The notes below the pieces were generated by a model. The model was not told the origin of the DNA. It did not search any database and saw only the letters and a program-made list of their open reading frames with translations. A stretch of 35,833 nucleotides of DNA from Casimicrobiaceae bacterium (GTDB taxonomy: Bacteria > Pseudomonadota > Gammaproteobacteria > Burkholderiales > Casimicrobiaceae): the NCBI GenBank assembly GCA_035934825.1, contig DASYXO010000370.1, positions 1 through 35,833 on the forward strand, given 5' to 3'. The position numbers were made by a program, and so were the translations under genes. Shown piece by piece: positions 11,819-21,687 of the stretch. Within the stretch, counting starts at the first letter, position 1. Every line of letters begins with the position of its first letter.

Positions 11819-12573
11819 CGCCGGCCCCGACCGTCCGCCTGGCGCATCAGCGCCTTCATCTCCCGCACGGCCTCGCGCAATCCGACGAAGACGCTGCGCG
11901 CCACGATTGCATGCCCGATGTGCAGCTCGCGCACGCCCGGGAGCGCGGCGACCGGCTGCACGTTGACATAGTTGAGTGCGTGGCCCGCGTTGAAGCGCAT
12001 GCCGAGCTCGCGTATCGCATTGCCGGCGCGCTGGAGCTTGTCCAGCTCGGCGACCACCGGAGCGCTCTCCGAATCGCGTCCGCGCGCGTGGAACGCGTGC
12101 GCATAAGGACCCGTGTGCAGCTCGCAGACCCGGGCCCCTACTTGCGCCGCTGCCTCGACCTGTGCGAGCTCCGCATCGATGAACACCGAAGTGACGATGC
12201 CGGCGTCGGCGAGGCGGGCGACTGCGTCCTTGAGCTTCGCCTCCTGCCGCGCCACGTCGAGCCCGCCCTCGGTGGTCACCTCCTGGCGTCCTTCGGGCAC
12301 CAGCATCGCCATCTCGGGGCGCAGCGCGCAGGCGATCGAGATCATTTCCTGGGTCGCGGCCATCTCGAGGTTGAGCTTGATGTGCACGAGATCGCGCAGG
12401 CGTCGCACGTCCTCGTCCTGGATGTGGCGCCGATCCTCGCGCAGGTGGACGGTGATGCCGTCGGCGCCCCCCAGGTGCGCCTCGACGGCGGCCCAGACCG
12501 GATCGGGCTCGTAGGTCCGCCGCGCCTCGCGCAGCGTGGCGACGTGGTCGATGTTGACGCCGAGGTCGATCAC
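11785..12573 (-). CDS. pdxJ: Pyridoxine 5'-phosphate synthase
   Basis: [66 protein letters not shown] start with AAGGA upstream. Confidence 0.97.
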   Translation of the reverse strand: MIDLGVNIDHVATLREARRTYEPDPVWAAVEAHLGGADGITVHLREDRRHIQDEDVRRLRDLVHIKLNLEMAATQEMISIACALRPEMAMLVPEGRQEVTTEGGLDVARQEAKLKDAVARLADAGIVTSVFIDAELAQVEAAAQVGARVCELHTGPYAHAFHARGRDSESAPVVAELDKLQRAGNAIRELGMRFNAGHALNYVNVQPVAALPGVRELHIGHAIVARSVFVGLREAVREMKALMRQADGRGRRDEVEATRSNP

Positions 12574-12589
12574 CGCGGATTCCTTTCGC

Positions 12590-13366
12590 TCATCGTTCGC
12601 TCCTGTCCTTGTCGTCGTCCAGCGCCGCCAGGTCCTGCACGATGCGGCGGCTGAAGATGCGCCGCTGCTCGAGATAATGGTCGAGCACGCTGCGCATCAG
12701 GCGCTTGGCCTCGGCCGCAGTCTCGGCATCGGGATAGCGCTCGGTCGCGAGCGCGATCAGTGTCGCCCCGCGGACGTGCGGCCAGCGGCCGGAAGGCGAG
12801 GCGCCGGGTTCCGCCACCCAGCGGCGCGGCCCGCGATCGAAGGCGTAATGGTAGCGTTCGCCGGGTTCGACCGGCGCCCCGGTGTCGGCTTCGTGGGTCA
12901 GCGCGAGCGCATAGCCCAGCTCCGCCAGCAGACGCAGCTCGAAACGGCGCAGGATCTCCGCCTGGGCGGGCGGTGCCGAGGTTCCCGTCAACGCGCGCAA
13001 CGCGGACTCGTAGGCGAGCCACAGCGCAGGATGGGGATCGTCGCGCGGCAGGAGCTTCAGCACCAGCTCGTTCAGGTAGAAGCCGCACAGCAGCGCCGCG
13101 CCGGCCGGCAGCGGCAAGCCGCCGCACCACTGCGCCTTCGTCAACGTCTTGAGCTCGCCCGCGCCGGCCCACCCGAGCGAAAGCGGCTGGAACGCCTGCA
13201 GCACGCCGTGCAGCTCGGATCGAGGGCGCTTGGCCCCGCGCGCGACCATCGCGACCCGCCCTGCGCTCTCGGTGAAGGCCTCGACGATCAGGCTGGTCTC
13301 CTTGTACGCGTAGCTGTGCAGCACGTACGCCGGCTCGTCGTCTCGGCGATCCCTTGGCGTCCTCAT
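12590..13366 (-). CDS. recO: DNA repair protein RecO
   Basis: [56 protein letters not shown]. Lies between era and pdxJ. Confidence 0.96.
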   Translation of the reverse strand: MRTPRDRRDDEPAYVLHSYAYKETSLIVEAFTESAGRVAMVARGAKRPRSELHGVLQAFQPLSLGWAGAGELKTLTKAQWCGGLPLPAGAALLCGFYLNELVLKLLPRDDPHPALWLAYESALRALTGTSAPPAQAEILRRFELRLLAELGYALALTHEADTGAPVEPGERYHYAFDRGPRRWVAEPGASPSGRWPHVRGATLIALATERYPDAETAAEAKRLMRSVLDHYLEQRRIFSRRIVQDLAALDDDKDRSER

Positions 13367-13367
13367 G

Positions 13368-14264
13368 TCAGTAGCCAAGCCGCGTCAGCGTGGCGTCGCT
13401 CTGCGACCACCCCTCCTTCACCTTCACCCACACCTCGAGGAACACGCGGCCTCCGAATGCGTTCTCCATGTCGCCGCGCGCCGCCGACGCGATCGCCTTC
13501 ATCCGGGCCCCACCCTCGCCGACGAGAATCGCGCGCTGGCCCGCCCTGTCGACCAGGACCGTCGCGCGGATGCGCCGCATCGCCCCGTCGTGCTCGAAGC
13601 TCTCGATGGTCACCGCCGTCGAATAGGGCACTTCGTCGCCGAGCTGCCTGAAGATCTTCTCGCGGATGAATTCGGCGGCGAGGAACCGCTCGTCGCGGTC
13701 GGTGAACTCGTCCTCCGGGTACAGGGAAGGAGACTCGGGGAGGTGACGCGCAAGCTCCCGCTTCAGGGTCGCCAGATCGGTGCCCCGCTCGGCGGAGATC
13801 GGGACGATCGCGGCAAGATCGCGCAGCTTCGCGATCTCGGCGATCCGGGGCAGCAGTGTGAGCTTGTCGGCGACCAGGTCGATCTTGTTGAGCGCCAGGA
13901 TCACCGGCACGCCACCGGGGCAAAGCGCCAGCACCGCGCGATCGGCGTGATTGAAGTGCCGGGCATCGACGACGACGACGACGACATCGACCTCGGCCAG
14001 GCTGTCGCGGACCGCACGGTTCAGGCGATCGTTGAGCCGCGACCGGTGCAGGGTCTGGAATCCGGGGGTATCGACGAAGACATACTGGATGTCGGGATCG
14101 GTCAGGATGCCGGTGATCCGGTGGCGCGTCGTCTGCGGCTTTCGCGAGGTGATGCTGATCTTCTCGCCAACCAGCGCATTGAGCAGCGTCGACTTGCCGA
14201 CCGACGGGCGACCGACGATCGCGACGTGGCCGCAGCGATGCGGTCCTGCCGGCGGCCTAGACAT
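13368..14264 (-). CDS. era: GTPase Era
   Basis: GRPSVGKSTLLN, SRKPQTTRH, DTPG, NKID, EFIREK, and a C-terminal KH domain ending FLEVWVKVK. Start at MSRPP (14264). Confidence 0.97.
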   Translation of the reverse strand: MSRPPAGPHRCGHVAIVGRPSVGKSTLLNALVGEKISITSRKPQTTRHRITGILTDPDIQYVFVDTPGFQTLHRSRLNDRLNRAVRDSLAEVDVVVVVVDARHFNHADRAVLALCPGGVPVILALNKIDLVADKLTLLPRIAEIAKLRDLAAIVPISAERGTDLATLKRELARHLPESPSLYPEDEFTDRDERFLAAEFIREKIFRQLGDEVPYSTAVTIESFEHDGAMRRIRATVLVDRAGQRAILVGEGGARMKAIASAARGDMENAFGGRVFLEVWVKVKEGWSQSDATLTRLGY

Positions 14265-14934
14265 GGCTGCGGGCACGCGGCCCCCGGGTCGCGGCGGCGA
14301 ACGCCTGCGCGGCGGCATCCTGCTCGGCGATGCGGCGGCTCGATCCCGTTCCGGACGTCACGATCGACAGCAGCGCAATCCTGCATTCGACGGTGAACTG
14401 CTGGGCATGCGCTTCGCCAGCCGTCGCGACGATCGCGTACTCGGGCACCGGCAGGCGCTGGGACTGCAGCCACTCCTGCAACAGCGTCTTCGCGTCCTTG
14501 CCCAGCCGACGCGGATCGGCGTCGTGGAGCAACTCGCCGAACACGCCGTTGATCACGCGGGCCGCCGCGCCGTATCCCGCGTCGATCGCCACCGCCCCGA
14601 AGATCGCCTCGAGAGCGTCGGCCAGGATCGATCCGCGGTCGGCGCCACCGCTCTTCTGCTCCCCTTCCCCGAGGCGCATCGACGCGCCGAGCTCGAGCTG
14701 CCGTGCGAGCCGCGCGAGGGTATCGCGGTTGACGAGGTGCGCGCGCACGCGCGACAGGTCGCCTTCGGGAAGTTCGGGAAAGCGCTCGTAGAGCGCGAGC
14801 GCGATCACGCAGTTAAGGACCGCGTCCCCCACGAACTCGAGCCGCTCGTTGTGCGGAACGCCGAAGCTTCGGTGCGTCAGCGCCTGCCGGAGCAGATCGG
14901 GATCGCGGAACTCGTGGTCGATCGCAATGGGCAA
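14257..14934 (-). CDS. rnc: Ribonuclease III
   Basis: ALTHRS, NERLEFVGDAVL, EGDLSRVRA, ADALEAIFGA, and a dsRBD beginning KDAKTLLQEWLQ. TTG start. Confidence 0.97.
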   Translation of the reverse strand: MPIAIDHEFRDPDLLRQALTHRSFGVPHNERLEFVGDAVLNCVIALALYERFPELPEGDLSRVRAHLVNRDTLARLARQLELGASMRLGEGEQKSGGADRGSILADALEAIFGAVAIDAGYGAAARVINGVFGELLHDADPRRLGKDAKTLLQEWLQSQRLPVPEYAIVATAGEAHAQQFTVECRIALLSIVTSGTGSSRRIAEQDAAAQAFAAATRGPRARSHV

Positions 14935-14946
14935 GGCGCGGCGCTG

Positions 14947-15303
14947 TCAGCGAGTCGAGCGCGCCTCGAAGTCGAGGAGGATGCTCGCGTTGCCGATCAT
15001 GTGCAGAACCTTCTGCCACGACATCGTGGCGACGATCTTGTTGCCCTCGCGGGTCACCACGACGTCGGCAGCGCTCACCGAATCGACGTAGTCGGCCGAC
15101 AGGCGACGATCCATCGAGCTGTGGATCGCGACCGCCGTCGGGTCCCGGACGTCCTGCATGGTCTGGTCGAGGGCCTTCTGGACGGTGAAGTACTCGATAT
15201 ACGAAGGTCCTACCCGGAACGCGATCAGTGCCGCGATGATGATGACGGCCGTCGTGAACAGGAAACCGATCATCGACAGTCCGCGCTGGCTTCCAGCCCT
15301 CAT
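14947..15303 (-). CDS. DUF4845 family protein (pilin-like N-terminus)
   Basis: QRGLSMIGFL followed by a hydrophobic helix and PSYIEYFTV. Occupies the usual position between lepB and rnc. RBS GGAGGGG. Confidence 0.85.
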   Translation of the reverse strand: MRAGSQRGLSMIGFLFTTAVIIIAALIAFRVGPSYIEYFTVQKALDQTMQDVRDPTAVAIHSSMDRRLSADYVDSVSAADVVVTREGNKIVATMSWQKVLHMIGNASILLDFEARSTR

Positions 15304-15337
15304 GTCCCCTCCGCGAAGTTGCAGTCCCGAAAGCCGG

Positions 15338-16162
15338 TCAATGAATGATGCTGCCGATGCGCTTGAATTCCAAGGAGGCGAGGTCGTCCCAGTTGAACCA
15401 GATGAAGAACGCCTTGCCGCGGATGTTCGCGTCCGGGACGAAACCCCAGTAGCGGCTGTCGTCGCTATTGTCGCGATTGTCTCCCATCATGAAGTACTCG
15501 CCCGCCGGCACCTTGCACCGGAAGCCGCGCTCATTGTAGTCGCAATTCTCGCGCCCCGGGAATGCCCGCACGTTGGAGGCGTAGACCGGCTGCGCACCCT
15601 CGTTGATGCCGATCGTATGCGCCTTCCGCGGATTCCCGTCGGTGAGCTCGGTCGCCCGCTTCAGCGTCTCGAAGCGCAATCCTTCGAGGTAGCTGTACGA
15701 ATCGTCGTGCTCCTGCGGCCAGGGCACGCCGTTCACCGTCAGGTTCTTGTCGCGGTATTCGACGACATCGCCTCCCACGCCAATCACGCGCTTGATGAAG
15801 TCCTGGGACGGATTGAGCGGATACCTGAACACGACGACGTCGCCCCGCTGCGGATCGTGCATCGGAATGATCTTCCGCTCGATGATCGGGATCCGGATGC
15901 CGTAGGTGAACTTGTTGACCAGGATGAAATCCCCAACGGCCAGCGTCGGCCTCATCGATGACGATGGGATCTTGAACGGCTCGGCCACGAACGAGCGGAG
16001 CAGGAACACGACCAGCAGGACCGGGAAGAACGACTTCGCGTACTCGACCCAGATCGGCTCGCGGGAACCCGGGGCGCGCTTCGCCTCGAGGAACATGCGG
16101 TCGGCAAGCCATGCGAGGCCGGTGATGGAGGTGAGAACGAACAGGATGAGGGCGAAGTCCAT
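15338..16162 (-). CDS. lepB: Signal peptidase I
   Basis: MDFALILF start, RSFVAEPFKIPSSSMRPTL (Ser), GDFILVNKF, DFIKRVIG (Lys), GDNRDNSDDSRYWG. Confidence 0.97.
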   Translation of the reverse strand: MDFALILFVLTSITGLAWLADRMFLEAKRAPGSREPIWVEYAKSFFPVLLVVFLLRSFVAEPFKIPSSSMRPTLAVGDFILVNKFTYGIRIPIIERKIIPMHDPQRGDVVVFRYPLNPSQDFIKRVIGVGGDVVEYRDKNLTVNGVPWPQEHDDSYSYLEGLRFETLKRATELTDGNPRKAHTIGINEGAQPVYASNVRAFPGRENCDYNERGFRCKVPAGEYFMMGDNRDNSDDSRYWGFVPDANIRGKAFFIWFNWDDLASLEFKRIGSIIH

Positions 16163-16319
16163 TGGAGGCGGGTCGTATCGTGGATCGGTCGTGATCGGAT
16201 GTAGTGGCGGAACCGGTGGTCGGGATCTCAGGCGGCCGGTATTGTCGCACGCAGTCTCGTGCGCGCCTGCTGCACCCCGGCCCTCTCCCCGCTTGCGCAA
16301 TCGCAGCGTGGACGACGCG

Positions 16320-18113
16320 TCACTTGCCCCCCACTTGCAACACGGCGAGGAACGCCTCCTGGGGAATCTCGACGCTGCCGACGGATTTCATGCGCTTCTT
16401 CCCCGCCTTCTGCTTCTCGAGCAGCTTCTTCTTCCGCGTGATGTCCCCGCCGTAGCACTTGGCAAGCACGTTCTTGCGCATCGCCTTGATGGTCTCGCGG
16501 GAGATGATCTGCGATCCGATCGCGGCCTGGACGGCAACGTCGAACATCTGCCGCGGGATCAGCGCGCGCATCTTGGCTGCGACCTCGCGGCCGCGATGCG
16601 TCGCGATAGAGCGGTGGACCATCACCGACAGCGCGTCGACACGTTCGCCGTTGATCAGGATGTCGAGCTTCACCACGTCGGCGGGACGGAACTCCTTGAA
16701 ATCGTAGTCGAGGGACGCGTATCCGCGCGACACCGACTTCAGCTTGTCGAAGAAATCCATCACCACCTCGGCCATCGGCAGCTCGTAGGTCAGCAGCACC
16801 TGCCGCCCGACGTACTGCATGTTCTTCTGCGACCCCCGCTTTTCGGTGCAAAGCGTCAGCACCGGCCCGACGTAGTCCTGCGGCGTCAGGATCGTCGCGG
16901 TGATGACCGGCTCGCGGATCTCCTCCACCTTGGAGAGATCGGGGAGCTTCGATGGATTCTCGATTTCCAGGATGGTTCCATCGCGAAGCAGCACCTGGTA
17001 GACGACGGTCGGGGCCGTGGTGATCAGGTCCATGTCGTACTCGCGCTCGAGGCGCTCCTGCACGATATCCAGGTGCAGCAGGCCCAGGAAGCCGCAGCGG
17101 AACCCGAAGCCCAGCGCCTGCGACACCTCGGGCTCGTAATGCAGCGACGCGTCGTTGAGCTTGAGCTTGTCCAGCGCGTCGCGCAGTGCCTCGTACTGGT
17201 TCGACTCGACCGGGTAGAGACCGGCGAACACCTGCGGCTTCACCTCCTTGAAGCCGGGCAGCGCGGTCGTGGCCGGCCTTGCCGAGCCGGTCAGCGTGTC
17301 GCCGACCTTGGCCGCCTTCAGTTCCTTGATCCCCGCGACGACGAAGCCGACCTCGCCCGCGGCGAGCTCGTCGCGCGGGGCGGAGCGCGGCGTGAACACG
17401 CCGACCTGCTCGCAGGTGTAGTTCGCGCCGGCCGCCATCAGCAGGACCTTGTCGCGCGGCTTCAACGTGCCGTGGAAGACGCGCACCAGCATGACCACGC
17501 CGACGTAGTTGTCGAACCACGAGTCGATCAGCAGCGCCTGCAGCGGCGCCGCCGGGTCCCCGTCGGGCGGGGGAATCCGGGCGATTACCGCTTCGAGGAT
17601 ATCGTCGATGCCATCCCCCGTCTTGGCGCTGGCGCGGATCGCGTCCTGGGCATCGATGCCGATGATGTCCTCGATCTCCTCGATGACCCGGTCGGGCTCG
17701 GCCGAGGGAAGGTCGATCTTGTTCAGCACCGGCACGACCTCGACGCCCTGCTCGATCGCCGTGTAGCAGTTCGCGACGGTCTGGGCTTCCACGCCCTGCG
17801 ACGCGTCGACGACGAGCAGCGCACCTTCGCAGGCGGCCAGGGACCGCGAGACCTCGTAGGCGAAATCGACGTGCCCGGGCGTGTCGATCAGGTTCAGGTG
17901 ATAGGTCTGGCCGTCGCGGGCCTGGTAGGCAAGCGCCGCCGTCTGGGCCTTGATCGTGATGCCGCGCTCGCGCTCGAGGTCCATCGAGTCGAGGACCTGG
18001 GCCTCCATTTCCCGGTCGGACAGGCCACCGCAGCGCTGGATGAAGCGATCGGCCAGCGTCGACTTCCCGTGGTCGATATGGGCGATGATCGAGAAATTCC
18101 TGATGTTCTGCAT
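16320..18113 (-). CDS. lepA: Elongation factor 4
   Basis: [66 protein letters not shown]. Confidence 0.99.
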   Translation of the reverse strand: MQNIRNFSIIAHIDHGKSTLADRFIQRCGGLSDREMEAQVLDSMDLERERGITIKAQTAALAYQARDGQTYHLNLIDTPGHVDFAYEVSRSLAACEGALLVVDASQGVEAQTVANCYTAIEQGVEVVPVLNKIDLPSAEPDRVIEEIEDIIGIDAQDAIRASAKTGDGIDDILEAVIARIPPPDGDPAAPLQALLIDSWFDNYVGVVMLVRVFHGTLKPRDKVLLMAAGANYTCEQVGVFTPRSAPRDELAAGEVGFVVAGIKELKAAKVGDTLTGSARPATTALPGFKEVKPQVFAGLYPVESNQYEALRDALDKLKLNDASLHYEPEVSQALGFGFRCGFLGLLHLDIVQERLEREYDMDLITTAPTVVYQVLLRDGTILEIENPSKLPDLSKVEEIREPVITATILTPQDYVGPVLTLCTEKRGSQKNMQYVGRQVLLTYELPMAEVVMDFFDKLKSVSRGYASLDYDFKEFRPADVVKLDILINGERVDALSVMVHRSIATHRGREVAAKMRALIPRQMFDVAVQAAIGSQIISRETIKAMRKNVLAKCYGGDITRKKKLLEKQKAGKKRMKSVGSVEIPQEAFLAVLQVGGK

Positions 18114-18222
18114 GTCGGGGTCGGAGGGGCGCCGGCATGGCGCCGGGGCGGGTCAGGGCTTGCGCCCGGTGGGCCGCCATTGCGGCCCCGCATGCGCGCG
18201 GGAAGCCGCCGCAAAACATTGA

Positions 18223-18251
18223 ATTTTAGCGGAATCCGCCCGTCTTTGCGA
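18223..18251 (-). promoter_or_regulatory. Putative sigma70 promoter for lepA (TCGCAA-N17-TAAAAT)
   Basis: Minus-strand TAAAAT at 18228-18223 in an AT-rich patch, with a weak -35 TCGCAA at 18251-18246. Confidence 0.45.
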
Positions 18252-18351
18252 CCGCGCGATCCAACGGCGGGGCGACGGATGCGTCACCGACCCCGCTGGC
18301 GCCCGGCAGCCTCTTCCGCCGCGCAGCGCCCGATCGGCGCGACAGTCGACT

Positions 18352-18660
18352 TCATCGGCGCGCCTCGCCGCCGAGCGCGGCCCTCACCCGCGCCGCGTCC
18401 AGGACGTAGTGGCCAAGCTCGCGGCCGGCATCCGGCGCCCCGAGCAGCAGCACGGGGACACGGTCGCCGTAGCGCGATTCGAGCGCCGGGTCGGCGTCCA
18501 CGTCGATCTCGGCGATCACTGCGCCGCGCTCGCGCGCGAGCGGTAGCAGCGCCTCGCGCATCTCGTCGCACAGGTGGCAGTACGCGCGGACGAGCAGCGT
18601 GAGCCGCAGGCCGCCGTCGTTCACGCCCGCCGGCGGCGTCGCGATCAGGCTGCGGCGCAT
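18352..18660 (-). CDS. Glutaredoxin-like protein (DUF836 type)
   Basis: LTLLVRAYCHLCDEM (CxxC) and IDVDADPALESRYGDRVPVL (cis-Pro). Alternative start GTG 18624. Usual position between mucD and lepA. Confidence 0.85.
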   Translation of the reverse strand: MRRSLIATPPAGVNDGGLRLTLLVRAYCHLCDEMREALLPLARERGAVIAEIDVDADPALESRYGDRVPVLLLGAPDAGRELGHYVLDAARVRAALGGEARR

Positions 18661-18676
18661 TCGCGCCGGCGCGTCG

Positions 18677-20143
18677 TCACTGCGCGTCCCCGTTGCCGAG
18701 CTTCACCGTCGCGAAGAACTGATTTTCCCCCCGGCGCAGCCGCAGGGTCACGGACGCGCCGTGGTCCAGGCGCGCCAGATATTCGTTGACCTGGGCTGCG
18801 CTCTTCGCCTCGGCCATCTGCCCGTTCTGGACGATCGACAGGACGACGTCGCCCGGCTGCACGTTGCCGCGCACGACCCCGACGACATCCTCGACCAGCA
18901 CGCCCCCGCTCTTCAGCTCGAGCTCCCGGCGCTGCTCGTCGGTGAGATCCGACAACACGAGGCCCATCCGGTTCGGCTTGGCCTTCTCCTTCGGCACGGG
19001 CTTCGTGCGACCCGGGCTCGCAGCCGTATCGTCCTTCAACTCGGCCACCGTCACGGCGAGGTCCTTCTGCGCGCCGTTGCGCCAGAGCGCGAGGCTCACC
19101 TTGGTCCCCGGGTGCACTGCGGTGATGATCCGCGGCAGGTCGTTCGAGGTGGCGACGTCGCGACCGTCCACCTTCAGGATGATGTCGCCCACCTCGACAC
19201 CGGCCTTCGCGGCAGGCCCGTTCTTCTCGACGCCGTTGACCAGCGCGCCAGCCGCCTGCTTCAGCCCGAATGCGGCCGCCGTTTCCTTCGAAACCGCCTG
19301 GATCTGCACGCCGATCCGTCCGCGGGTGACGCGGCCCTTCTCCTTGAGCTGGTTGACGGCGTTCATCGCCACGTCGATGGGCACGGCGAACGCGAGGCCC
19401 ATGTAGCCGCCGGTGCGCGAATAGATCAGCGAGTTGATGCCGACCACCTCGCCGCGCATATTAAACAGCGGCCCGCCCGAATTGCCGGGGTTGATCGCGA
19501 CGTCGGTCTGGATGAAGGGGACCAGGTTCTCCTGGGGCAGGTCGCGACCCTTCGCGCTGACGATGCCGGCGGTCATCGTGTTGTCGAGACCGAAAGGCTT
19601 GCCGATCGCGACGACCCATTCGCCGACCTTCAGCTTGTCGGGATCGCCGATCGTCACTCGCGGCAGGTCCTTGGCGGCGATCTTCAGCAGTGCGACGTCG
19701 GTGCGCCGGTCGTTGCCAATGACCTTGGCGACGAACTCGCGCTTGTCGGACAGGTGCACGGTCACCTCGCTCGCATCGTCGACCACATGCGCGTTGGTGA
19801 CGACGTAGCCATCCGAGGAGACGATGAACCCAGATCCGGTCGACTGCGCCTCGAACTGCCGTTCCTGCCCGCCCGGTCCCTGGCGCGGAACCTGGCCGAA
19901 GCGGCGGAAGAACTCGTAGAACGGGTCGTCCTCGGAGATGCCCGGGCTGCGCTGGCGGCTCGGCCTCTGGGTGACGTCGATTGAAACGACCGCCGGCCCC
20001 TGACGCTGGTACAACTCGGTGAAATCCGGCAGCAGGCCGCTCCGCCCCTGACCCGAGGCGGAACCGGCTGCGGCGAGCGGGAGCAGTGCAACGAGCGCGG
20101 CGCGCAGCAAGGCGCGCAGCGCGAATGACGGCGCAAAGAACAT
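18677..20143 (-). CDS. mucD: DegP/MucD periplasmic serine protease (HtrA, two PDZ domains)
   Basis: Signal peptide, LPDFTEL, GSGFI, TNAHVV (His), DVALLK (Asp), GNSGGP (Ser), PDZ regions. RBS GAGGG before ATG 20143. Confidence 0.93.
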   Translation of the reverse strand: MFFAPSFALRALLRAALVALLPLAAAGSASGQGRSGLLPDFTELYQRQGPAVVSIDVTQRPSRQRSPGISEDDPFYEFFRRFGQVPRQGPGGQERQFEAQSTGSGFIVSSDGYVVTNAHVVDDASEVTVHLSDKREFVAKVIGNDRRTDVALLKIAAKDLPRVTIGDPDKLKVGEWVVAIGKPFGLDNTMTAGIVSAKGRDLPQENLVPFIQTDVAINPGNSGGPLFNMRGEVVGINSLIYSRTGGYMGLAFAVPIDVAMNAVNQLKEKGRVTRGRIGVQIQAVSKETAAAFGLKQAAGALVNGVEKNGPAAKAGVEVGDIILKVDGRDVATSNDLPRIITAVHPGTKVSLALWRNGAQKDLAVTVAELKDDTAASPGRTKPVPKEKAKPNRMGLVLSDLTDEQRRELELKSGGVLVEDVVGVVRGNVQPGDVVLSIVQNGQMAEAKSAAQVNEYLARLDHGASVTLRLRRGENQFFATVKLGNGDAQ

Positions 20144-20189
20144 GGAATCCCTCGTTGTGGTGTGAGTGGCGACGGAGCGGGCCCGCACG

Positions 20190-21173
20190 CTAGCGGCGTT
20201 CGACTGAATTGGCGATCTGTCGCACCGTCGCGCTGGGCGTCTCGCCCATGACCGTGATCACGTGATCGTCGTGCCGGACACTGTAGACGTTGAGACCTCC
20301 CTGATGCACGAAACCGATGGGCGCCGACAGCGCGTCCTGTGGCTCGATGAACACCGAAACCGAAACCAGGCCATCCGAGAACACGAGGTGTGCGACGCGC
20401 TCGTCGCGGCCGCGCAGTCGCCGGAAGCCCTCCATGATCTTCTCGAAACCGGCCGGCACCCGCGTGACGACCCAGCCGGTCGCCTGCCGGACGACGTCTC
20501 CGGACACGCCTTCAAGCACGCGCCAGTCCTTCGGCGTAACGGGCCACGACGGCGCGACCATCGATCGATCGACCGGGGCGTTGATCGATATGTCGGTGAA
20601 AGCGAACTGCTCGATGCCCTCCTCCTTCTCGTTCAGGAGGCGCGCCTTGAGCAGCAGACCGGTTTCGGCATCCGACCAGAACCGGTGGCCGTAGCGCAGG
20701 TCGTCCCTCGGCTGGAACACGACGACCTGCACGGGGCGGCCGCTGACACGGTCGTCGCCGATGACGCGGAAATCGTAGAACCTCGACAGCGACTCCTGCT
20801 GCTTGGGTGAAAGCGAGGGAAAGACGTTCCGGAACGTACGCGGCTCGACGCGGACCAGCTTGGCATCCGGGTAGTAGCAGCGCACCTCGCCCTGCGTGCG
20901 GATGAGCTCGCGCGCCGGCCCGTCGAGATTCACGAGCTTCTCGAACTCGCGCCCGCCGTCGTTCAGGTGCGTGATGCGCGAGGTTTCGACGCGCTGACCG
21001 ATCTGGTAGAGGATCGTCCCGATGTAGTTGAGCTCGCGCGCGGCCTGGGCGGCGCGGGTGAGCCACTGCATCGCGTCGTCGGCGCGTGCGGTGGAGGCGA
21101 CGAAGGCGAGGAAGAATGCCGCCGAGGCGAGTCGTCTCCTCGCACGGGAAGACGGGGGATGCGCGTGCTGCAT
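20190..21173 (-). CDS. rseB: Sigma-E regulatory protein RseB/MucB
   Basis: Signal peptide, LNYIGTILY, LDGPARE, DDLRYG, TGLLLKA, HLVFSDGLVSVSVFIE, VMGETP. Downstream of rseA. Confidence 0.93.
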   Translation of the reverse strand: MQHAHPPSSRARRRLASAAFFLAFVASTARADDAMQWLTRAAQAARELNYIGTILYQIGQRVETSRITHLNDGGREFEKLVNLDGPARELIRTQGEVRCYYPDAKLVRVEPRTFRNVFPSLSPKQQESLSRFYDFRVIGDDRVSGRPVQVVVFQPRDDLRYGHRFWSDAETGLLLKARLLNEKEEGIEQFAFTDISINAPVDRSMVAPSWPVTPKDWRVLEGVSGDVVRQATGWVVTRVPAGFEKIMEGFRRLRGRDERVAHLVFSDGLVSVSVFIEPQDALSAPIGFVHQGGLNVYSVRHDDHVITVMGETPSATVRQIANSVERR

Positions 21174-21183
21174 CGGGCGTCGA

Positions 21184-21687
21184 TCAGGGTTTCACTTCGC
21201 GCGTCACCGCGACGTCGCGCAGGTACGGTCCGACGCCTTGCAGCATGATCGACGGCGCGTACTCCTGGTGCGCGAAGAGCAGGTCGGTGGGCACGGTCGC
21301 CGGGCGCACCTCGGCGGCCCGCATCGTGCCCGCGTCGCGCATCCGCGCGAGCCCCGCCGGTGTCGAGTCGACCAGTGAATACGCGGTCCAGCCCACGACG
21401 CCGACGGCGGCCAGCGTCGCCGCGGCTGCCCATGCCCAGGATGCGGGCGTCGACGGCACGCTGCGGCGGGGCGCGAGCACCGTCGGATCGCCGGCGAGCC
21501 TGCTGGCGACCGCCCCGCGCACGTCGCGCGTCACGGCGATCTCACCGCGCAGCGCGTCGCCGATCGCGTGGTAGCAGCTCCACGTCGCCATCGCTTCGCC
21601 GCTCTTGAGGCTCGCGCAGACCGCATCCAGCTCCGCCACGTCGACGTCGCCATCCATCAGGCGCGAAATGTTCTCGCTCATTACCAT
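21184..21687 (-). CDS. rseA: Anti-sigma-E factor RseA
   Basis: ENISRLMDGD...WSCYHAIGDALRG, TM AAAATLAAVGVVGW, AHQEY. Overlaps the rpoE stop. Alternative start 21681. Confidence 0.92.
   Translation of the reverse strand: MVMSENISRLMDGDVDVAELDAVCASLKSGEAMATWSCYHAIGDALRGEIAVTRDVRGAVASRLAGDPTVLAPRRSVPSTPASWAWAAAATLAAVGVVGWTAYSLVDSTPAGLARMRDAGTMRAAEVRPATVPTDLLFAHQEYAPSIMLQGVGPYLRDVAVTREVKP

Noticed and set aside
14947-15303. Pilin-like small protein between lepB and rnc
   Set aside because: Matches the widely conserved DUF4845 gene at its normal position, so it is uncharacterised but not new.
15906-18602. 898-aa ORF antisense to lepA
   Set aside because: Antisense shadow caused by codon bias. 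It has no recognisable domain.
20144-20189. No rseC/mucC between rseB and mucD
   Set aside because: rpoE-rseA-rseB-mucD without rseC is, as far as I know, common in Burkholderiales-type genomes.
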